64,000 nucleotides of DNA, from NCBI GenBank assembly GCA_035407925.1, contig DAOOBP010000002.1, forward strand, positions 3,010 to 67,009. The letters run 5' to 3'. Within the stretch, counting starts at the first letter, position 1. The number at the start of each line of letters is the position of its first letter. Under the pieces are notes generated by a model. That model saw nothing but the letters and a program-made list of their open reading frames with translations. It was not told the origin of the DNA and ran no database searches. Origin of the DNA: Salinivirgaceae bacterium. Lineage in GTDB: Bacteria; Bacteroidota; Bacteroidia; Bacteroidales; Salinivirgaceae. This document shows positions 58,234 through 64,000 of this stretch, in pieces. A program made the position numbers and the translations under genes.

Positions 58234-59558
58234 TTTTTAGTTTGATAGCGATGTCTGTTTTTTGGACAGTAAAGGGGCAGGATAAATCTGCAGCGAATGC
58301 TTTAGATAAAAATCAGAAAGTAGCGTATTACGACAGCCTTACTTTTGCTCTGTATAGTAGAGCAGACTATAAGTCTCTGATAACCAAAACAAAAGAAGCC
58401 GAACGATTGGGTGTTACCTTTCAATATTTGAATTACCGCAAAGCTATAGCATATTACGAACTGAAAAACTATGCAAAAGCTGTAAAGTACTACGAAAAAG
58501 CCCTTTATGATGTGCCTTATGACATGTTCTTAAAAGAGAGTTTATATTCGGCTTATATTCTAAGCGGATTAGACGCAAAAGCCGCTATTTTCGCCAAAAC
58601 ACTTCCAATAATCAGTCAAAATAAAGTTGGTTTTTCCCCTTTGTTCGTTAGTTTTGTTCAGCTATACGGTGGGTACACTTTTAGCGACAATGACGAAAAA
58701 ATGAGAAACATCATAGCCAATCTCGACTCTATAAATCAATATCAGGATATGATATCTGGCGGAGCGATGTTTGGACTAAATATTTCCGACAACGTGAAAC
58801 TTATCGCAAGCTACAACCTGTTTAACACAAAGTTCGAACGTTTCGCTCAAAATAGACTGCAACACACCGATTTATTGTCGCAACATCAACTCAATATCGG
58901 TACGGAAATTTATTTGAAAAATAACTTTTCACTCGGCTTTACTGGTGGTTTTTATGCTATAGAGAAAAACCACAAACCTACTGCTCAAATTTCAGGTAAT
59001 GGACCCGGACAGGGACGAAGACGAACAATATCATCTTCTCAATCAACAGATTACAACTTGTCTGCTTTACTCTTTTTTAATAAACGTTTTACCTGCGTGT
59101 CGCCCGAAATTTCTTTCGCATACTCCGATTTCGCCTTTTCCAATCAACTACAATCCAAGTTGCAACTGACTTATTACCCGTTTGGGAATTTGAATTTTTA
59201 TGGAATAACTTCAGGAGCCATAATTCTAGATAGTAATAAAAATAGAGGAGAACAAACGGTTTTTTCTCAAAGTTTAGGTGTTAAATTATTTGGAAGAATG
59301 TGGTTAGATGGCATGATTAGTGTTGGTAATCATCTGAATTACATAACAGAACGCTCATTTATTGTGTACGACACCTACGACCCAATTATGTTTATATCAA
59401 GTTTTAATCTCTCTTATTATTTCAAAAAAAATACAGTTTCAGCAACTTACTCATGGTCACAAAAAGAGGGCTGGGCGTTCACAAACTATTACGCGAATTT
59501 AATAAAGTATAAGTATAATAATCAATTAGTTAATCTTACAATAAAATGGAATCTTTAA
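58221..59558 (+). CDS. secreted protein with TPR-like N-terminus and beta-rich C-terminal part, candidate outer-membrane protein
   Basis: 445 aa with a signal peptide. It contains YYELKNYAKAVKYYEKAL (TPR-like). The C-terminal ~300 aa has an alternating hydrophobic pattern. 13-nt overlaps on both sides. Confidence 0.35.
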   Translation: MYRIVFSLIAMSVFWTVKGQDKSAANALDKNQKVAYYDSLTFALYSRADYKSLITKTKEAERLGVTFQYLNYRKAIAYYELKNYAKAVKYYEKALYDVPYDMFLKESLYSAYILSGLDAKAAIFAKTLPIISQNKVGFSPLFVSFVQLYGGYTFSDNDEKMRNIIANLDSINQYQDMISGGAMFGLNISDNVKLIASYNLFNTKFERFAQNRLQHTDLLSQHQLNIGTEIYLKNNFSLGFTGGFYAIEKNHKPTAQISGNGPGQGRRRTISSSQSTDYNLSALLFFNKRFTCVSPEISFAYSDFAFSNQLQSKLQLTYYPFGNLNFYGITSGAIILDSNKNRGEQTVFSQSLGVKLFGRMWLDGMISVGNHLNYITERSFIVYDTYDPIMFISSFNLSYYFKKNTVSATYSWSQKEGWAFTNYYANLIKYKYNNQLVNLTIKWNL

Positions 59559-60160
59559 AGAAAAATGTTGCAATATTCATGTTGCTTGTTGTGTTCGGAG
59601 TTTCATCCTCGGCACAGGTCAATCCCTCCAAAGTTTTTGAAAACAGTTATGCCAAAGAAGCCTCTGGTGATTATCAAGGCGCTATTAATGACCTTGTTGG
59701 GTTAAATGGTTTCGATTATCACAAATCACTTCGATTGGGCTGGCTCTACTATTTGAGTAAAAATTTTGATACCAGCATTAACTATTACCAGCAAGCTGTA
59801 AAGCTACGTCCTAAAGCTGTTGAGGCATTGCTTGGACTTTGTAATCCGCTCGAAGCGCTTGGAAAAATCGACCAGCTTGAAGCCACCTACAAAAAAATCC
59901 TCGCTATTGACCCGATGAACTCAAAGATAAACTACGCTCTCGGCAATATCTATTACTATCAGAAAAATTTTGTTTTGGCTGAGAAACACTTCGATTTGGT
60001 AATTGGCTTATACCCTTTTGACTACTACTCCAATCTAATGGCAGGCTGGACAAAATATTTCCTTGATAAGAAAAACGAGGCTAAAATCCTGTTTAACACC
60101 GTTTTAATAATATCCCCAACCGACAGCTCGGCTAAAGAGGGATTGGCTTTGATAAAATAG
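59546..60160 (+). CDS. secreted tetratricopeptide-repeat protein
   Basis: 204 aa with a signal peptide. Repeated A..YYQQAVKL.P / LGNIYYYQKNFVLAEKHF TPR units. Confidence 0.7.
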   Translation: MESLKKNVAIFMLLVVFGVSSSAQVNPSKVFENSYAKEASGDYQGAINDLVGLNGFDYHKSLRLGWLYYLSKNFDTSINYYQQAVKLRPKAVEALLGLCNPLEALGKIDQLEATYKKILAIDPMNSKINYALGNIYYYQKNFVLAEKHFDLVIGLYPFDYYSNLMAGWTKYFLDKKNEAKILFNTVLIISPTDSSAKEGLALIK

Positions 60161-60216
60161 AAGTTTTCATTTAGTTACGTTCGATTAACTCAACTAAATG
60201 AAAATTCCCGGACTGC

Positions 60217-60258
60217 AAATTCCTAAAACTTTCAAAAATTGGAAAGTTTTAGGAATTT
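60217..60258. terminator. 17-bp perfect palindrome, likely bidirectional terminator ending the 53.3-60.2 kb operon
   Basis: aaattcctaaaactttc-aaaaattg-gaaagttttaggaattt. A related hairpin recurs at 61711-61746. Confidence 0.55.
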
Positions 60259-60274
60259 TATCTATCTTTACGCC

Positions 60275-61486
60275 ATGAAGATAATTCCACGTAAAAATTA
60301 TTTAGAAACACTTCGTATTCTAAAGGACAAGAATTTAATTAAAGTTGCTACAGGTGTCAGACGTTGTGGCAAATCAACCCTAATGGTGCAGTTTCAGGAG
60401 TTGCTACGCAGAGAAAATCCAAATGTTTCCATTCTGGCAATCAACTTGGATATGCCAGACTTTAGGTTCTTGGCGGAGAAACATTGGAAGGAAATTTATG
60501 ATTACATCATAAAAAATCTCAAAAAAAACGTAACAAACTATGTGTTTATAGATGAGGTGCAAAATGTTCCAGAGTTTGAAAAGCTGTTAGAGGGTTTGTA
60601 CGTTCATCCAAACATTGACTTGTACGTTACTGGTTCAAACGCATTTTTATTGTCAAGCGAACTGGCTACTTTGCTAACCGGAAGAGCTTATGAAATAAAC
60701 ATATTACCTTTCTCTTTTGCTGAATATTTAGAGTTTACCGACAAAACCACGAACCCCGACCGTGCCTTTGCCGACTATGTAAATACCGGCGGTTTCCCAG
60801 AAGCTGTAAGACTTTCAGCCGATGGAAATCACTTTGCAAATGAGTATCTGCAAATGCTTTTTAAAAACATTTACGAGAACGACATCTCGAAGCGTTACAC
60901 AATATATGCCGAGGAATCATACAAGGAGGTGGTAAACTTCTTGATAGATTCAATTGGGTCAAGTGTTTCGGCAGGAAATATTGCTAAAGTCCTGACAGCA
61001 AACAAAAAATCGATAGATAACAAAACTGTCTCTAAGTACACCGACACTTTAGTTGAAGCCTACCTGTTTTATAAGGTAAATCGCTACAACATAAAAGGTA
61101 AACAGCATTTAGCCACTTTGGAAAAATACTATTTAGTTGATTTAGGTTTTCGCAATACACTGTTAGGCAAAGAGTTGGCAAGCGATGCAGGGCATTTGCT
61201 CGAAAACGTAATTTATATGGAATTAAAACGCCGAAACAACCGAGTGTGGATAGGAAAAACCGGCAATTTAGAGGTTGACTTTGTTGTTCGTGATAACCAA
61301 GGTTTTACTCAGTACATACAAGTTGCACAAACAGTACAAAATACCAAAACTTTAGAACGTGAGTTGGCTCCACTTAACAGCATATCAGACCACCACGAAA
61401 AACTTTTAATTACAATGGATTACGATACAGGAACGTACAACGGAATAAAAAAGATTAACGCAATAGATTGGCTATTAGGCAATTAG
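60275..61486 (+). CDS. AAA-type ATPase with DUF4143-like C-terminal domain
   Basis: Start taken at MKIIPRKNYLETL, because the track start at 60239 lies inside the hairpin. Walker A is GVRRCGKST and Walker B is YVFIDEVQ. Its last codons and stop (..LLGN*) lie in CAATTAGCAATG repeat sequence. Confidence 0.75.
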   Translation: MKIIPRKNYLETLRILKDKNLIKVATGVRRCGKSTLMVQFQELLRRENPNVSILAINLDMPDFRFLAEKHWKEIYDYIIKNLKKNVTNYVFIDEVQNVPEFEKLLEGLYVHPNIDLYVTGSNAFLLSSELATLLTGRAYEINILPFSFAEYLEFTDKTTNPDRAFADYVNTGGFPEAVRLSADGNHFANEYLQMLFKNIYENDISKRYTIYAEESYKEVVNFLIDSIGSSVSAGNIAKVLTANKKSIDNKTVSKYTDTLVEAYLFYKVNRYNIKGKQHLATLEKYYLVDLGFRNTLLGKELASDAGHLLENVIYMELKRRNNRVWIGKTGNLEVDFVVRDNQGFTQYIQVAQTVQNTKTLERELAPLNSISDHHEKLLITMDYDTGTYNGIKKINAIDWLLGN

Positions 61487-61710
61487 CAATGAACAATGAA
61501 CAATAGTTAAAAGGGGTGATTTTTAGCTCAATAGTCACGACTTTTAAGTCGTGGATCAGGTTAGCACACGTGCTTTTTGGGCTTTAGCCCAAATTTACAT
61601 GTGTGTAAGTGGTTGAGAAAAATCAGAAATCATAATTTGCATCTAATATATTGAAAATCAAACAAATCATAAAAATCACACAAATCTCAATAATCATAGT
61701 TTGGACAATT

Positions 61711-61746
61711 TTCCTAAAACTCCTCAATTTTTGAAAGTTTTAGGAA
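61711..61746. repeat. degenerate second copy of the TTCCTAAAACT / AGTTTTAGGAA palindrome
   Basis: ttcctaaaact-cctcaatttttgaa-agttttaggaa, an 11-bp perfect stem. The arm sequence matches the hairpin at 60217-60258. Confidence 0.5.
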
Positions 61747-61892
61747 TTTCACCTTCTCCAATCATAAATTTGAACTTTTACACTGATTGCATATAGCAAA
61801 CATAGACGCAAGGCGCTAATATTTTATTTTTAAATCTTGTTTTTTAAAAAACATAATTAATTTTGTGATTATTTTTAAACTCAAATTCAATT

Positions 61893-63221
61893 ATGTTATT
61901 ATCAGCGACAACTAATGGTGTATCGACCATGCCTCTTTGGGCTATTATCCCTTTTGTGTTAATGTTATTGTGTATTGCACTTGGTCCTTTGTTCTTTGAA
62001 CATTGGTGGGAGAAAAACAAAAACAAATTACTTGTCTCTTTAATGCTGGGCATTCCCGTTGCAGGATATCTGATAGCGCAAAAATTACCCGATCTTTTAG
62101 CGCATCAATTGCTATTTGACTATGTTCCATTTATAATTTTATTAGGAGCTTTATTTGTAATAACTGGCGGTATCCACTTGAAAGGTGATATTGAAGCAAA
62201 ACCATGGATAAACACAACTTTTCTGGGGATTGGCGCTATTTTAGCTTCTTTTATGGGGACAACCGGCGCTGCAATGCTTTTAATTCGTCCGGTAATTAAA
62301 ACAAACAGCCAAAGAAAATTTAAAGTTCACACAATTTTATTTTTTATTGCTATTGTAGCAAATGCTGGTGGATTACTTACTCCACTTGGCGACCCACCAC
62401 TTTTCTTGTTATATCTAAGAGGTGCTGAATTTACTTGGTTTTTTCATATGGTACCAGAGTGGGCATTTGTAAACGCCTTGCTATTAATAATTTACTTTAT
62501 TGTTGATTCATATTATTACAAAAAAGAACCTGTAGAAAACATCAAATTCGACAAAGCCAATATTGTACCATTAAGTTTACAAGGAAATATTAACTTTCTT
62601 TTCTTAGCCGGTGTTGTTGCTTCTGTTGCATTCCTAAACGAACATTATTTACCTATTATGAAAGAAAATGCTTGGGCAGGATTTATTAGAGAAGGAGCTA
62701 TTGTTGCTATGGTTATTTTGTCTTTGGTATTCACAAAAAAACCAGTACGAGAAGCAAACAAATTTTCGTGGGGACCAATTTTAGAAGTAGCGTTCTTATT
62801 CTTAGGAATTTTCATTACTATGATACCCGCTTTGCAATACTTAAAAGCGCATGCTCATGATTTAGGAATAAGTTCAAACGCTCAATACTTCTATGCAACT
62901 GGAAGTTTAAGCGCTTTCTTAGACAATGCTCCTACTGCTTTGTCTTTCTACAACTTAGCTCTTGGAATGAACGAAGGCGGCGGAGCTATTACCGGCGCTG
63001 GCTATGTTGCAGGTATTGAAGAGATGATTTTAACTGCAATTTGTTTAGGAGCGGTACTTTTTGGCGCTATGACATATATTGGCAACGGTCCAAACTTCAT
63101 GGTTAAAGCTATTGCTGAAGAAAATAAAATTAAAATGCCAAGTTTCTTTGGTTATATGATTAAATTCTCTTTGATAATTTTATTACCTATTTATATTTTG
63201 GTTCAACTTATTTTCTTGTAG
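61893..63221 (+). CDS. ArsB/NhaD-superfamily ion transporter (Na+/H+ antiporter-like or CitMHS-like)
   Basis: 442 aa with about 11-12 TM helices. Blocks such as GGLLTPLGDPPLFL and GNGPNFMVK are typical of this permease superfamily. Confidence 0.6.
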   Translation: MLLSATTNGVSTMPLWAIIPFVLMLLCIALGPLFFEHWWEKNKNKLLVSLMLGIPVAGYLIAQKLPDLLAHQLLFDYVPFIILLGALFVITGGIHLKGDIEAKPWINTTFLGIGAILASFMGTTGAAMLLIRPVIKTNSQRKFKVHTILFFIAIVANAGGLLTPLGDPPLFLLYLRGAEFTWFFHMVPEWAFVNALLLIIYFIVDSYYYKKEPVENIKFDKANIVPLSLQGNINFLFLAGVVASVAFLNEHYLPIMKENAWAGFIREGAIVAMVILSLVFTKKPVREANKFSWGPILEVAFLFLGIFITMIPALQYLKAHAHDLGISSNAQYFYATGSLSAFLDNAPTALSFYNLALGMNEGGGAITGAGYVAGIEEMILTAICLGAVLFGAMTYIGNGPNFMVKAIAEENKIKMPSFFGYMIKFSLIILLPIYILVQLIFL

Positions 63222-63240
63222 AACAGAAAACTTTCGATAA

Positions 63241-63280
63241 AAAAGAGGCTGTATCAAAATAAAAGAGAGCCTCTTTTTTG
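63241..63280 (+). terminator. intrinsic terminator after the transporter gene
   Basis: aaaagaggct ... agcctctttt, a 10-bp stem with a 17-nt loop, followed by a T-run. Confidence 0.6.
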
Positions 63281-63379
63281 TTATACTAATTGTAATTTAA
63301 TATCTATTAATATGAACCGAAATAAAAACATATTCGCTGCGTTTTCCTAAAAACTTTAAACTGAAAAAATTATAAACGT

Positions 63380-63817
63380 GTGAAAACGAAAATCATTAAA
63401 ACAGTTCTACCGCCGATACTTGGAATATTTACCGTACTTGCAATCTTGGTGATACTCAATCTTATTATGTACAATGGTGACGCTTTTAGCAAACCTGATA
63501 ACGGTTTTTTTACACTGTTTGTACCGATAACAACGCTTATAGCCATAATAATTCAGTTCACACTGACGCTACCCTTTTGGGAAAAATTTCAATCTCGAAA
63601 AAAGGTTTGGGGATTAACACTTATTCCATTTACCATAATACTCTGTATAATATCGGGATTGCTCTTCGGATTACTGTTTTGGGAAAGAGACCTTGGATTT
63701 AGCGAATTTATTGCCGTTTCGCTAACAGGTATTATCGCTTTTTCTATCTATTGGGCAGTGAATATACTGACATTAAAACAAATCGACAGATCTAGTGACC
63801 GTGCGAGCGAAGGCTGA
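63380..63817 (+). CDS. small polytopic membrane protein, unknown function
   Basis: 145 aa with four hydrophobic helices. Its C-terminal codons run into REP-like repeat sequence. Confidence 0.45.
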   Translation: MKTKIIKTVLPPILGIFTVLAILVILNLIMYNGDAFSKPDNGFFTLFVPITTLIAIIIQFTLTLPFWEKFQSRKKVWGLTLIPFTIILCIISGLLFGLLFWERDLGFSEFIAVSLTGIIAFSIYWAVNILTLKQIDRSSDRASEG

Positions 63818-64000
63818 GTGCGTAGCAATTGATGCCACTGTTGCGGACATAAGTTCAGCGACAATTCTCAACGGTCACTGAGTTTATCGAAGTGACCTAT
63901 TTTTCTTCTTGCTTTATCATCCAAATAGCATCTATTGTTAGCATTGAATCTACACTAATTTTTCTTATAGCTGCTTTCTTTTCGATTTGTTCCATCCAAT

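Noticed and set aside
60198-60278. 26-codon ORF (MKIPGLQIPKTFKNWKVLGILSIFTP*) as a possible precursor peptide for the PqqD/ATP-grasp system
   Set aside because: It is encoded entirely by the two arms of the 17-bp palindrome that most likely acts as a terminator. Its composition is dictated by the hairpin, and it lies downstream of the operon.
1-64000. Search by eye for tRNA, rRNA, tmRNA, riboswitch, integrase, transposase or prophage signatures
   Set aside because: I found none. Intergenic regions longer than 150 bp were read on both strands and contain only the repeat families, hairpins and gene remnants reported here. A covariance-model scan (tRNAscan or Infernal) would be needed to exclude small RNAs rigorously.
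63899-64000. Possible minus-strand coding end (..MEQIEKKAAIRKISVDSMLTIDAIWMIKQEEK*) at the window edge
   Set aside because: Only ~33 codons are visible, with no recognisable motif and the upstream part outside the window. There is not enough evidence to call it.

Overview
AT-rich chromosomal segment with Bacteroidota hallmarks: a UpxY-type NusG paralogue heading a polysaccharide locus, sigma-54, tightly overlapping operons and many short dispersed intergenic repeats. I see three blocks. (1) 1-23 kb is a minus-strand capsule/O-antigen-type locus. It carries UpxY, a TviB/TviC-like dehydrogenase and epimerase pair, a 3-acetamido-3,6-dideoxyhexose cassette (two ketoisomerases, acetyltransferase, aminotransferase), a Wzx flippase, GT2 and GT4 transferases, two pyruvyl-transferase/nitroreductase pairs, a Wzy-like membrane protein, a formyltransferase-fusion protein and the start of an AsnB-like amidotransferase. 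The locus shows clear recombination scars: a duplicated gene 5' end, non-coding gaps and nested repeats. (2) 23-50 kb holds mostly housekeeping genes (rpiB, rpoN, rnr, panCD, ftsH, corA, tpx). These are interrupted by a decayed MvaI/BcnI-type restriction gene beside an intact SPPY methyltransferase, by an FkbM-methyltransferase/beta-carbonic-anhydrase fusion, and by small gene remnants. (3) 50.6-60.2 kb starts with an ECF sigma/anti-sigma envelope module. It is followed by the most interesting feature in the window, a tightly coupled operon that matches no characterised pathway I know. Its genes are an orphan PqqD-like peptide-binding protein, an ATP-grasp ligase, a fold-type-III PLP decarboxylase, a urea-transporter-like membrane domain fused to an M23 peptidase, a beta-rich secreted protein and a TPR protein. 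I found no rRNA, tRNA, CRISPR array, integrase or transposase by eye. All family assignments come from motif reading of the translated ORFs, not from database searches.
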